Positions 29,261 through 39,237 of a DNA stretch of 64,000 nucleotides are shown here, one piece after another (within the stretch, counting starts at the first letter, position 1; every line of letters begins with the position of its first letter). Position numbers and translations under genes: made by a program. The DNA lies in the NCBI GenBank assembly GCA_964404855.1, contig CAYOLO010000001.1, forward strand, positions 30,245 to 94,244. The letters run 5' to 3'. This stretch comes from an uncultured Gammaproteobacteria bacterium. GTDB lineage: Bacteria > Patescibacteriota > Microgenomatia > CAYQLK01. The notes beneath the pieces are model-generated. The model had not been told where the DNA came from and did not search any database. It saw only the letters and a list, made by a program, of their open reading frames with translations.

Positions 29261-30307
29261 TTACCACGATGGAACAAAATCTTTAATGTTTTCTTCGGTG
29301 ATATGAAAATCTTTATTTTGGGTTTGAATTACCTGAAACGCGATACGCCTAGCAATACCACTAATAGTTCTCTCCAAGGACCTCATTCCACCGTCAAATC
29401 CGAGCGGTCTAATAATTTTTGACCAAACACCATCATCAACTGCAATTCTTACATCACTAAGACCTGAATTTTTAATAACTTTTGGGAAAATATATTTTTG
29501 GGCAATAACAAGTTTTTCTTCATCCGTATAAGATGGCATTTGTATTGGCTCAAGACGGTCCATGACAGCGGTTGCAATATTACCTGTATTGTTGGCCGTA
29601 GCCACAAACAGGACATCTGATAAATTAACGGGATAATCAAGATAATGGTCTGTAAAAGCTGAGTTTTGTTCTGGGTCAAGAAGCTCAACCAAGACACCCA
29701 TAATATCGTTTCTGGTTTCGGTTGAAACTCTATCTATTTCGTCTAAAAGTAAAACTGGATTACGGCTTTTGGCTCTTTTTAAGGCTTTTATGATTAAGCC
29801 AGGTTCTGCATCAGGATAGGCCCTGGATTGTCCGCGCAATTGAATTGAGTCCCCCATTCCTCCAAAAGGAATACGAATAAATTCTCTACCCATGGCTTCG
29901 GCAATTGATATTGCCATTGTGGTTTTTCCTGTTCCAACTAGTCCAATAAGAAATAAAATTGGCGCTCTGGAAACACCGGCGTTTTGTATTAATTGGAGTT
30001 TAAGTACCGAAAGATATTCGATGATTCTGGTCTTAATTGGATCCAGTCCGTAGTGATTTTTGTCAAAAACTTCCTTGGCTTTCGTGAGATCAAGCAAGTC
30101 GTTGGTTTTGGAGTTCCATGGCATAGAGACAATCCAATCAATATATCTACTGACGGCTTCGTATTCGTTACTGTAACTTCCGAGTGTAACCATACGCTCA
30201 AGTCTGGTCAGTTGGGAATTAACTTTTTCCAATAGATCAGGAGGAAGCTGAACTTGTTGAACTTTTTGAGCGAGTTTTGCGATGTCTTCTTGGGCAGTTT
30301 GGGGCAT
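29261..30307 (-). CDS. Lon-like AAA+ ATPase module only (no N-terminal or protease domain)
   Basis: HYGL...RIIEYL, GLVGTGKT, NPVLLLDEID, LLDPEQN..FTDHY; ends after the alpha domain. Confidence 0.85.
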   Translation of the reverse strand: MPQTAQEDIAKLAQKVQQVQLPPDLLEKVNSQLTRLERMVTLGSYSNEYEAVSRYIDWIVSMPWNSKTNDLLDLTKAKEVFDKNHYGLDPIKTRIIEYLSVLKLQLIQNAGVSRAPILFLIGLVGTGKTTMAISIAEAMGREFIRIPFGGMGDSIQLRGQSRAYPDAEPGLIIKALKRAKSRNPVLLLDEIDRVSTETRNDIMGVLVELLDPEQNSAFTDHYLDYPVNLSDVLFVATANNTGNIATAVMDRLEPIQMPSYTDEEKLVIAQKYIFPKVIKNSGLSDVRIAVDDGVWSKIIRPLGFDGGMRSLERTISGIARRIAFQVIQTQNKDFHITEENIKDFVPSW

Positions 30308-30362
30308 ATAGGAATTTTAACGGAAAAAAAGTAATTTAGCTATGAAGTTTTAATTTGAGTTT

Positions 30363-30398
30363 AAAAAAAATACACCCCACCGAAATCTAGTGGGGTGT
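30363..30398 (-). terminator. Rho-independent terminator
   Basis: acaccccac/gtggggtgt stem preceded on + by an A run. Confidence 0.7.
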
Positions 30399-30410
30399 TG
30401 CGTGGACACA

Positions 30411-30689
30411 CTACATTGTCTTACTGCTCCAAGAACAGCCAATGTGGCAAGTTAGACACCGCCACCACGAAGTACCATTTTTGGACGGACTGACTTGGTT
30501 GAGTGCACCATGTATTTCACACGATGGATATGTTCCGGCAGGAAAAACTTCCAAACCAAAACGATTAACTGACAATACCTTTCCTTGTGGTTCAGGTAGT
30601 GCAGTGAGACTGTTAGAAAGATGCCAAGAACCGCGGATCAACTCAATTACCAGCCTTACTTTCGGGTGTGTGGGAGAAAGTATACACAA
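30411..30689 (-). CDS. Small hypothetical protein with CxxH...CxxC putative zinc site
   Basis: CEIH...CLTC; followed by a terminator; start uncertain. Confidence 0.45.
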   Translation of the reverse strand: MCILSPTHPKVRLVIELIRGSWHLSNSLTALPEPQGKVLSVNRFGLEVFPAGTYPSCEIHGALNQVSPSKNGTSWWRCLTCHIGCSWSSKTM

Positions 30690-30705
30690 TACAATAAAAA
30701 ATATG

Positions 30706-30734
30706 AAAAAGGACCGCCTTTTTAGGGGCGGTCC
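30706..30734 (-). terminator. Rho-independent terminator
   Basis: ggaccgcc/ggcggtcc stem, loop tttttagg, A run on + side. Confidence 0.75.
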
Positions 30735-30759
30735 GTGGGGGGGGGTGGGAGGCCAGGCC

Positions 30760-31002
30760 TCAGTCGTTGTAGCCGAACATGTCCTGCATCATGGTGAAGT
30801 GCGCAGCGTCGCTCTCGCAGGGGCGGTAGCAGCCGGCAACATCACAGAGGGTCTGACGCTGGACGATGTTCTGCCGGGGCGGGGGCGGCTGCGGCGTCAT
30901 ACGAGCAGCACGCATGGCGAGCTGGTCGCCGATCCGGCGCTGATTGACGAGCCGCGAGGCTCCTTCGAGTGGACCACCTTCGTTTGCTAGTGTCATGACC
31001 AT
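30760..31002 (-). CDS. GC-rich 80-aa hypothetical protein with CxxxxCxxxC-x5-H cluster
   Basis: GGAGG 7 nt before ATG at 31002; consensus promoter upstream and terminator downstream. Confidence 0.6.
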   Translation of the reverse strand: MVMTLANEGGPLEGASRLVNQRRIGDQLAMRAARMTPQPPPPRQNIVQRQTLCDVAGCYRPCESDAAHFTMMQDMFGYND

Positions 31003-31114
31003 GACTTGTCCTCCCGTTTGCCAAACTTGAGCTGGCGTGGATACCTGTGACCGTAGTCGCAGGTAATCAATCCAGCTCAAACTTGAATATTAAATATGTT
31101 AATTTAACCACTTA

Positions 31115-31143
31115 ATTATACCCTATAGTATATAATTTGTCAA
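31115..31143 (-). promoter_or_regulatory. Perfect sigma70 consensus promoter
   Basis: Minus strand TTGACA-17 bp-TATAAT. Confidence 0.8.
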
Positions 31144-31262
31144 GTGTTACTACACTAAGACATAACTTATAGTTTGATAATAACTCAGAAATATAGAATC
31201 ATTAAAGTATAAATTATCCTATTTGTGAACGGAAGTAATTAAATTTGTTATTATTAATTTAA

Positions 31263-34058
31263 ATGAAGACACTGCCAATTGACGCATCTGGGTTGGGACG
31301 AAAAATCGTACTTAATTTCATTCTCGGCGTAATTTTTATATTAATAATAAATGGGGTTTTTGTTGGTTATAAATTGTTGAACAGACAAGGTACACCCGAA
31401 AAAATAAATATTTCGACTTCTCAGGAAAATGCTGACAAGCTAAAAACTCAGCTAGTTTATAACTCTGAAGAAGAAGGTTATGGAAATTTTTATTCAAATG
31501 CTTTGGATGCTGTAATTACCTACCCAAAAGAAAAATTTGGATTTACTGACTCCGGAAGAAGTGTGCTAATTGAACCAAAGAGCAAAAAAAGATTCGATTC
31601 GGTTGTGTTTAATAGTTTATTTCTTTACAAGTTTGATCAGGAAACAGTAGGTGAAAATATTGACGAATTCCTTATAAATGAACTTAAGTCGGATACAACC
31701 ATAATCAGTTCGGAACTAATTGATGCTAAAAACGAAAGAGAAATACGAAAAATAAAATTCAAAACCAAAGAAAAAAGCATTTTTTCAAAAAACGACCAAG
31801 ATAAAATACAGATGTTTTTTGTGCACAAGATAGACAATGCTTACTTCCTTGCAAAAATTTCTTATCTTGGTGGTTTTGCTAACCAGCAATTAGAAAACGA
31901 TCTTGAAAAACTTTTGACCGAAGGTATTAAGTTAGGTTCGGAAGGAATAGAGAAAAATATTCAGGTGGTTATAGAGCCTTATATTTTAACGGATTCTGGA
32001 TTAAGTTTTAATTTTGACAGAACCAAATGGAGCGGAAGTTCTGATGCGGAACATGTAGTCAATTTGGAGTACAAACGTGAAGATCAATCAAAAGAAAAAT
32101 TAACCAGTTTAACTATTGGATTTGAAGTAGATAGTGATGCTAGTTTTGAAAAATCACTATCAGCTGCCAAAGAAAAGGAAGCGCTTAAAAAAAACGGTGT
32201 ATATAAAGACTCGTATAGACTGTTAACTGACGCTGAACCAGTTGAGATGCTGGGCACCACCTTTTATAAATCGACTTCTACTTATACTTCTGACTGTTGT
32301 AGTGATCTTGGTATACCTGCTTATAAGGCATTTAGTGTTACTTATTTCGGTTATGTAAAAGAGTTAAATTCCTATCTTGCTATTCATATCGATACCGACG
32401 ACTTAAACTCTCAAGGCTCAAAGGAAGCAGAAATTATTTCTGCAACACTCAACATACAAATACTTACAAAATCAATTTCAGCTAATTATACAAACCTACA
32501 AAGACGTGTTTTAGGGACTAGAACGGATGATAGTAATACTGTGGAGATTGATAAGCCGTCAGTCCTTGGACAGAACTCAATCGTACATATTTTTAATAAT
32601 TCCTGCGTGGACGCGACAATTGTGTCAATGCCTGAGACGAGCCAATACAACGGTAAGCAATATAGAATTTGTTCAGCAGGTGAAGGAACAGGGTTTTTTA
32701 TAAACGAAAATGGAAATCTGATTACTAATTCCCATGTTGCCAACCCTAGCCCTGAGGACATTGTATATGCTGATATTAATAACGCTGATTCTAAATTTTG
32801 GATAGATTATGCAACAGGATTTCTTAGTAACTTTACTACCGAGGAAGAATTATATGCAACATTTGAAACTACACAAGATTTATTGATTGCCATACTAGAA
32901 AGATTTATCGCCGACATTGATAATAATAATATTAAACTTGAAAAAGATTATGAGAACTATCTAGAAGGAAAAAATGCTTTTGAGTTTGATTACGCTCTTC
33001 GTGATTTAAAGGACAAGGATAAGCACATTAAAGCAAGTCTGGTTGACGGCACAATCGACTCTGGAATTAGAAGCTCTTATGATGCGATTCAACAATGGAA
33101 AAACGGAACTCCTGAGGAAGACATTGTGGCGGGTATAAATACCCCTGATGTTGCGGTGTTAAAAGTAGAAAAAAATTCAGAAATTGCCAATTTTCCAGGA
33201 CTTATTTTAGAAAACCCAAACCTTGTTACTGTTGGGCAAAATATACAAGCAATCGGATTCCCTGGTGTTGCTGATAATCGTTCATTGTTTTCAAAAGAAG
33301 CCTCAACAATTCCAACTATTACGAAGGGAACAATTTCTGCGATAAAACCAAATGTAAATAGCACTTTTAATCTAATCCAGATAGATGCCTCAATTAATCA
33401 CGGAAACAGTGGCGGACCTGTACTTAATAGTAAAGGCAGAGTTATTGGAATCTCGACATATGGAGTAAGTCCTGAAGAATCAGGTGGAAATTTTAATGCT
33501 GCGGTTTCTGTTGAGTCTATTCAAAAAATCTTAATGAAAAATAATATAGACAACCAAATCGGCCAGGCAAGTATCTACTTAGAAGACGGATTGGATAATA
33601 TACTGAGAACCTACTATTCTTTGGCGGTAACTGATTTAACAAAATCTAAAGAACTTTATAACTCAAAATACGATTTGATTACTCCGCTTATTAGCATTTC
33701 GGAAGAAAAAATCAGTCTTGGAGAGGATAATAGTCCATTGATTGTCATAGGGAGTCTGGAGCTTAAGAAAAACGATGTAATTATCATTATCGGTATAACC
33801 AGTATCGTAGTACTAATTATTCTAATAGTACTTATTATTTTGATAATTCGTTCACATAAAAAAATGCACGGCACTATGGCGAGAATTGAACAAAATCAAA
33901 TACCTAACTACCCTGCTCAACCTCAGGTTAACCAATCCCCATATCAGCCTGTAAACACAGCTCAAAATGTTTACCAACAGGTTCCGCCAACAAACATTAG
34001 CCAAAGTCCGCTACCAGCTGAAACACCTATTCAAAATCCCTTGAATCCTCAACAATAA
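31263..34058 (+). CDS. Large membrane-anchored trypsin-like (S1C) serine protease with Pro/Gln-rich tail
   Basis: GTGFFI, TNSHV, DVAVLK, DASINHGNSGGP; N- and C-terminal TMs. Confidence 0.88.
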   Translation: MKTLPIDASGLGRKIVLNFILGVIFILIINGVFVGYKLLNRQGTPEKINISTSQENADKLKTQLVYNSEEEGYGNFYSNALDAVITYPKEKFGFTDSGRSVLIEPKSKKRFDSVVFNSLFLYKFDQETVGENIDEFLINELKSDTTIISSELIDAKNEREIRKIKFKTKEKSIFSKNDQDKIQMFFVHKIDNAYFLAKISYLGGFANQQLENDLEKLLTEGIKLGSEGIEKNIQVVIEPYILTDSGLSFNFDRTKWSGSSDAEHVVNLEYKREDQSKEKLTSLTIGFEVDSDASFEKSLSAAKEKEALKKNGVYKDSYRLLTDAEPVEMLGTTFYKSTSTYTSDCCSDLGIPAYKAFSVTYFGYVKELNSYLAIHIDTDDLNSQGSKEAEIISATLNIQILTKSISANYTNLQRRVLGTRTDDSNTVEIDKPSVLGQNSIVHIFNNSCVDATIVSMPETSQYNGKQYRICSAGEGTGFFINENGNLITNSHVANPSPEDIVYADINNADSKFWIDYATGFLSNFTTEEELYATFETTQDLLIAILERFIADIDNNNIKLEKDYENYLEGKNAFEFDYALRDLKDKDKHIKASLVDGTIDSGIRSSYDAIQQWKNGTPEEDIVAGINTPDVAVLKVEKNSEIANFPGLILENPNLVTVGQNIQAIGFPGVADNRSLFSKEASTIPTITKGTISAIKPNVNSTFNLIQIDASINHGNSGGPVLNSKGRVIGISTYGVSPEESGGNFNAAVSVESIQKILMKNNIDNQIGQASIYLEDGLDNILRTYYSLAVTDLTKSKELYNSKYDLITPLISISEEKISLGEDNSPLIVIGSLELKKNDVIIIIGITSIVVLIILIVLIILIIRSHKKMHGTMARIEQNQIPNYPAQPQVNQSPYQPVNTAQNVYQQVPPTNISQSPLPAETPIQNPLNPQQ

Positions 34059-34082
34059 TTAAGAATAATCAAATAATATTTG

Positions 34083-34790
34083 TTATTTTGGTTGAATTGT
34101 AAATCCGGTATATTTCTTCGATGAGGGATCTTGGTAAAAATTCGTAGTAAATTGGTTTTCAGAAACGGCTTGAAGGTTAAAAACTTTTACAAGCTTGTCT
34201 TTGTCAGAAGTGTCATACCCATCGATGATGTACAAACTAATTTTTAAGAATGCGCCGTTAGCATCAAAATAAAAGTCGACAAAATAACCACTTCCACGAT
34301 AAGTTGAGCGAGTTTCTAATGTTGTTCCATCTTTAACAGTATCCTCGGTCTGCCCAAGTGACTTGGTAACCTCGGTCAAATTTTGTCCAGCAAGCGACCC
34401 CAGGTCTATAAGTAAATCTGAACCGAAGTCGTTAACTGTTGGACTTGTATCGATTGAAGTCGCGGTTTCGTTAGTGGGAGATGGTTTATTTGGTAATACC
34501 TCTTGTGTGTCATCAGATTTTTGTATTACGGATTCGTTTTTATTTTTTGGGTCAGAAGTTGGGGAGGAAGTATCTTTATTTAGGATAAGAAAAAGACCGA
34601 TTCCGATTACAGCAAGAAATACTATCGACACAAAAATTAAAAGTATTATTAGAACTGAGGGTGTTTTCTTGGAAACTGGAGGCTGATAAATAGGCTGACT
34701 TGGCATCGCTTGCGGACTTGGAGGAATCGGCTGAACAGTCGACTGGTTGAGAGATGATTGGTTTGGAATAACTTCAGGGTAGTCAGGCAT
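34083..34790 (-). CDS. Pro/Gln-rich single-TM protein, tandem paralog
   Basis: PQ-rich N-terminus, TM, DLGSLAGQNLTEVTKSLGQ. Confidence 0.7.
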   Translation of the reverse strand: MPDYPEVIPNQSSLNQSTVQPIPPSPQAMPSQPIYQPPVSKKTPSVLIILLIFVSIVFLAVIGIGLFLILNKDTSSPTSDPKNKNESVIQKSDDTQEVLPNKPSPTNETATSIDTSPTVNDFGSDLLIDLGSLAGQNLTEVTKSLGQTEDTVKDGTTLETRSTYRGSGYFVDFYFDANGAFLKISLYIIDGYDTSDKDKLVKVFNLQAVSENQFTTNFYQDPSSKKYTGFTIQPK

Positions 34791-35506
34791 TATTTATTTA
34801 TTGAAATTGATATATATGAATCCTCGTTATTATTGTATATAAATTTATACTCATATGGTGGCACGACATTATTAAGATTAAAAAGCGATTTCATCTCAGC
34901 TTCTGTTTCTCTTTCGTAGAATTCTATAAATTCAATTCGTATTCCATTATTAATATTCGTAACATTGTCGATGTTAACTAATAAATAGTAAGGAAGACCA
35001 GAATGTTCCTTTGGATACATGACTAATGTCGTCATGTCGAAATCCGTATTTTCTATATCGTGTGGCTCACCTAATAAAGAAATTATTTCTTCTTTCGTTT
35101 TTCCTAGAATTGTATTGGGGTCAAAAATTACCGATGACTGAGAGTTGTCAGCGGTATCAGTTGAGATTTCCGCTGCTTGAATTTCCTGAGGTTTCGGTGT
35201 AGGGGTGGCGGTAGGCTTTGGTGCGTATGTTACCTGAGGAACTGAGGTTGGAGAAATTTTCACGTTTGCCACAATCTCCGTATCTTTACTGTTTTGCCCG
35301 TATTGGGTTGATGCTGGTTTTTTCATTAGTAAGAACATGCCAATAATAATTCCACTTATCAAGGTAAGTCCAAAAATTATGATTATGATAATTAATATTT
35401 TATGATTTGAATTGTTGGGCTGAAATTGTGGCGGTTGCGATATTGTGGCAGATGTCTGATTAGTACTGGGAGGATTAGATAGAGAGCTAGAACCAGAGTA
35501 TTCCAT
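34790..35506 (-). CDS. Pro/Gln-rich single-TM protein, tandem paralog
   Basis: PQ-rich N-terminus, TM, DPNTILGKTKEEIISLLGEP. Confidence 0.7.
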   Translation of the reverse strand: MEYSGSSSLSNPPSTNQTSATISQPPQFQPNNSNHKILIIIIIIFGLTLISGIIIGMFLLMKKPASTQYGQNSKDTEIVANVKISPTSVPQVTYAPKPTATPTPKPQEIQAAEISTDTADNSQSSVIFDPNTILGKTKEEIISLLGEPHDIENTDFDMTTLVMYPKEHSGLPYYLLVNIDNVTNINNGIRIEFIEFYERETEAEMKSLFNLNNVVPPYEYKFIYNNNEDSYISISINK

Positions 35507-36255
35507 TATTCATATTCCTCTAAAGAAAAGTCGGTTGAGCCTGTTGGATAAATACTCACAGCAGAAATAAAATTATATTTTTCGATAATATTGTCCTTGA
35601 TAAAATATTCTGTCGCAGATGTTGAAAGGTTTAAGGCTTTGTATATATCGTCTTGTTTAAAAACTATTCCATAAGGGTCTTGGGGGACTGATACGCTGAT
35701 ATATCTAAATTCTTGACTATCTAAATCATAATAAACAGAAATAGACCAATCATTATCGTAGTTGTACCAACTAATTCCATTATTAGGTTCACCGAGAATT
35801 GAATAAACTTCTTGTTTAGTCTTGTTTATAAGACTCGGCACATCATAAAGAATTCCTAAGTCTGGTGCTTGCGAAGCTTGATTTTCAACACCTGACTCTT
35901 GTGATTTTTCGGAAGAAGATTTGTCATCTAGTGATGAATCCGATTTAGAAATAAGATTGGATTTCTCATTTGTGTCTTGAACTGTTTTCGATCTGGTAAT
36001 AAAAAAAACTGCACCGCAAATTGCAATTATCAGAACAAGACCAATAACCAAAGCAATAATGATTAGTTTTTTGGAAGATTTTGGACTTTGAGAGATTGGA
36101 TTTGTACTTACTGGCTGAGTGACAACTTCTGGTTGTGGCGGAAAAGTAGTTGGTGTTGGTTGACTGGGAAATTGTTGGGAGGGTTGAGCAATCGGCTGAA
36201 CAGGTGGCAGTTGACTGCCAAGAGGCGGTTGAGGGTCTGTAGGCAGATTATCCAT
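35506..36255 (-). CDS. Pro/Gln-rich single-TM protein, tandem paralog
   Basis: PQ-rich N-terminus, TM, DVPSLINKTKQEVYSILGEP. Confidence 0.7.
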   Translation of the reverse strand: MDNLPTDPQPPLGSQLPPVQPIAQPSQQFPSQPTPTTFPPQPEVVTQPVSTNPISQSPKSSKKLIIIALVIGLVLIIAICGAVFFITRSKTVQDTNEKSNLISKSDSSLDDKSSSEKSQESGVENQASQAPDLGILYDVPSLINKTKQEVYSILGEPNNGISWYNYDNDWSISVYYDLDSQEFRYISVSVPQDPYGIVFKQDDIYKALNLSTSATEYFIKDNIIEKYNFISAVSIYPTGSTDFSLEEYE

Positions 36256-36288
36256 ACTACTAATGATAGTAGCATGGATTAGTTAAGA

Positions 36289-38541
36289 TTATCTACGAGG
36301 TCCGCGGCTGCGGTCGAAACCGCCCCCACCACGTCCACCGCGGTCAAATCCACCGGAGCGACGACGGTCGAAACCGCCACCTCTGCCTCCGCCGAATCCA
36401 CCACGATCTCCGCCGCCTCTTGGTCCGCGCTCTTCGTCCTCAGACTTAGCGTCGTCACCAAATCTCATTGAAAGATTAAGTCTGCCCATATTGTCTACTT
36501 CGACAACACGAACTTTGACTTTTTGTCCGACTTCGAGATAGTCTTCGACTTTTTCGACTCTGGTTGGAGCGATTTCACTAATATGAACCATTCCTTCTTT
36601 GCCTGGTAGTACTTCTACAAAGGCTCCAAAATCCATAATTCTTTTGACTTCTCCTTCGAATTCTTCACCCGGAGTTAATTCGCGAGTTAGACCATCAACG
36701 ATACCAATGGCTTTTCTAATAGACTCGATATCAACACCTGAGACTGAAACGTTTCCGTCGTCGTCGATGTTAATTTCAGTGCCTGTTTCAGCCACGATTT
36801 TGTTAATAGTTTTGCCACCCTGACCAATAACGGCTCCGATTTTTTCTGGGTCAATTTTTATAGACTCGATCTTTGGAGCGTATTGGTTAAGCTCTTTGCG
36901 CGGTTCAGCGATAGTTTCAGCCATTTTTTCGAGAATGAAAATTCTAGCTTTGTATGCTTCGCGAACAGCCTCCTCAAGAATTGGAAGAGGGATTTCGGTT
37001 AGTTTGATATCCATTTGGATTGCTGTAATACCTTCTTTGGTACCGGCAACTTTGAAATCCATATCACCGTTAGCATCTTCCGTGTAAGCAATATCAGTAA
37101 GCACAACGTGCTTTTTGTCATTGGTCATAAGACCCATGGCAATACCGGCTACAGGAGCAGCAAGTGGTACACCTGCGTCCATAAGACAAAGTGTTGAACC
37201 ACAGACAGAAGCCTGTGAAGTTGAACCACTTGATCCTAAGATTTCGGAAACAACTCTAATTGCATATGGGAAATCAGATTCTGATGGCAAAACTGGTTCG
37301 AGTGCTCTTTCGGCTAGCATTCCGTGTCCGATTTCTCGACGACCTGGGGATCCAAGACGACCTGACTCTCCATTACTAAATGGAGGGAAGTTGTAGTGGT
37401 GCATGTAGCGCTTGGTTGACTCACCATACATTCCATCAACGGTCTGATAAAGACTTGGTGAACCAAGAGTTGCAACCGATAGGGCTTGAGTTTTACCTCT
37501 TTGAAATAGTGCTGAACCGTGAGTTCTTGGAAGAAGTCCGACTTCAGAAGTTAGTGTTCTAACTTCGTCTAGTTTGCGTCCATCAAGACGTAGACCTTTT
37601 TCCAGCACCTGTTCGCGAACGAAGTACTTAAATTCTTTTTCAAGTACGGCATAAATTTCTTTTTTGGAAACTTCACCTGCTTCGAGCTCTTTAGTGAACT
37701 GACTGGTTATCACATTCATTTGAGTGTGAAACCAAGTTTCGTCCATCGCTGTTTCAACATCGTTAAGAGTTGGAATAACATCTTTTTTGATGAATTCCTT
37801 AACAGCCTTGGTCTTAACTTCGTCAATTACCAAAGGCTCGTACTCGTGTTTGGTGTTACCAACTTCTTTAGCAAAATCTTTGATGAGTGCAATAATTGGC
37901 TGACAAGCTTCGAAGCCTGCGTTCATCGCCTTGATCATTGTGTCTTCGTCAACGATTTTTGCACCAGCCTCAATCATTCCGATTGATTTGTCGTTAGCTG
38001 TGATTACCAAATCAAGCTTGCTTTCTTTAAGCTGAGTGTTTGTTGGGTTAATAACGATTTCGTCATTAATTAGACCAACTCTTACTGTTGCGATTGGCCC
38101 CTGCCAAGGTACATCTGAGATTGTCAAAGCACAAGAAGCTGCAATTGAACCTAAGATATCTGGGCCGTTTTCATTATCAATCGACAAAACTGTCGAGATA
38201 ACTTGAATATCAGCGAAATAGTCTTTTGGAAAGAGTGGTCTGATACCACGGTCAATTAACCTTCCAGCCAGAACTGACTCGTCGGTTGGTCTGCCTTCTC
38301 TTTTGATAAATCTTGAGCTAGAAATACGTCCACCAGCGTAGAGTTTTTCTTCAAAACTTACATTCAGTGGAAAATAATCTAGATCTGGAGCGGTTTTGTT
38401 GCGAGCTACAGTTGCCAAAATGGCGGTGTCTCCGTAGGTTGCATAAACTGCACCACTAGTAAGTTGAGCCATACGACCCGTTTCGAAGGTCAATGTACGA
38501 CCCTGGAAATCAATTGATTTCCTGATTATTTTTTTATTCAT
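36289..38541 (-). CDS. pnp: Polyribonucleotide nucleotidyltransferase
   Basis: RTHGSALFQRG, GDMDFKVAGT, KH and S1 domains; Gly/Arg-rich tail. Confidence 0.98.
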   Translation of the reverse strand: MNKKIIRKSIDFQGRTLTFETGRMAQLTSGAVYATYGDTAILATVARNKTAPDLDYFPLNVSFEEKLYAGGRISSSRFIKREGRPTDESVLAGRLIDRGIRPLFPKDYFADIQVISTVLSIDNENGPDILGSIAASCALTISDVPWQGPIATVRVGLINDEIVINPTNTQLKESKLDLVITANDKSIGMIEAGAKIVDEDTMIKAMNAGFEACQPIIALIKDFAKEVGNTKHEYEPLVIDEVKTKAVKEFIKKDVIPTLNDVETAMDETWFHTQMNVITSQFTKELEAGEVSKKEIYAVLEKEFKYFVREQVLEKGLRLDGRKLDEVRTLTSEVGLLPRTHGSALFQRGKTQALSVATLGSPSLYQTVDGMYGESTKRYMHHYNFPPFSNGESGRLGSPGRREIGHGMLAERALEPVLPSESDFPYAIRVVSEILGSSGSTSQASVCGSTLCLMDAGVPLAAPVAGIAMGLMTNDKKHVVLTDIAYTEDANGDMDFKVAGTKEGITAIQMDIKLTEIPLPILEEAVREAYKARIFILEKMAETIAEPRKELNQYAPKIESIKIDPEKIGAVIGQGGKTINKIVAETGTEINIDDDGNVSVSGVDIESIRKAIGIVDGLTRELTPGEEFEGEVKRIMDFGAFVEVLPGKEGMVHISEIAPTRVEKVEDYLEVGQKVKVRVVEVDNMGRLNLSMRFGDDAKSEDEERGPRGGGDRGGFGGGRGGGFDRRRSGGFDRGGRGGGGFDRSRGPRR

Positions 38542-38550
38542 TTTTCGGTG

Positions 38551-38732
38551 TAATTTATGAGACTTAGCCCAATAAAAAATTCGCGTCTTTATGTGTCCAA
38601 AATTATATATTTGGAATTATGTGTAGGGTAAGTTAGGAAACAGAAAAAAAGTGTTTAAAAATAATACTTAAACAGTTTTGTTCAATTTCTTAACTTACTG
38701 CGCTATTTTTTAAAGTCTAGGACGATAAATTA
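38551..38732 (-). promoter_or_regulatory. Structured rpsO-pnp intergenic leader
   Basis: Nested inverted repeats: taatttat/ataaatta, gtaagttaggaaa/tttcttaacttac, tgtttaa/ttaaaca, tccaaa/tttgga. Confidence 0.5.
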
Positions 38733-38765
38733 CTCCTCCTTTCTTTAATTTTTACTTATAAATTT

Positions 38766-39026
38766 TTAAAGCTCGAGCTTTTTGACGATTTCGCCATATC
38801 GCGTTTCGTCTTTTTTCTTAAGGTAGGTAAGAAGACGACGTCTCTTGTTTACCATTGTGAGTAATCCTCTGCGGGAGTGATTATCATGGTCGTGTTCTTT
38901 GAGGTGGTCAGTTACGCTTTTAATTCTTTCTGTAAGAATTGCGACTTGAACCTCAGGTGAACCAGTATCACCTTCGTGAGTTTTATAAAGGTCAATAATT
39001 TTTGACTTTTTGGTTGTATCTATCAT
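38766..39026 (-). CDS. rpsO: 30S ribosomal protein S15
   Basis: [21 protein letters not shown]. Confidence 0.98.
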   Translation of the reverse strand: MIDTTKKSKIIDLYKTHEGDTGSPEVQVAILTERIKSVTDHLKEHDHDNHSRRGLLTMVNKRRRLLTYLKKKDETRYGEIVKKLEL

Positions 39027-39237
39027 AGTCCTATAAATTAAGTATTTTAAAATTATATGTTAAATATAAAACTTGTCAGATTAGAATAATCGGACAAATT
39101 AGCCTCGAAAAACTTTCGCGTTTCAAAGTGGCTTATAATTTTAACATATAAACCTTCGGGGCGCTATACCTCTTATTTAAAGTATAGCAATAGCGATTGT
39201 TATTTAGCAAAACAACAATTTATTGGAAGCAAATATC

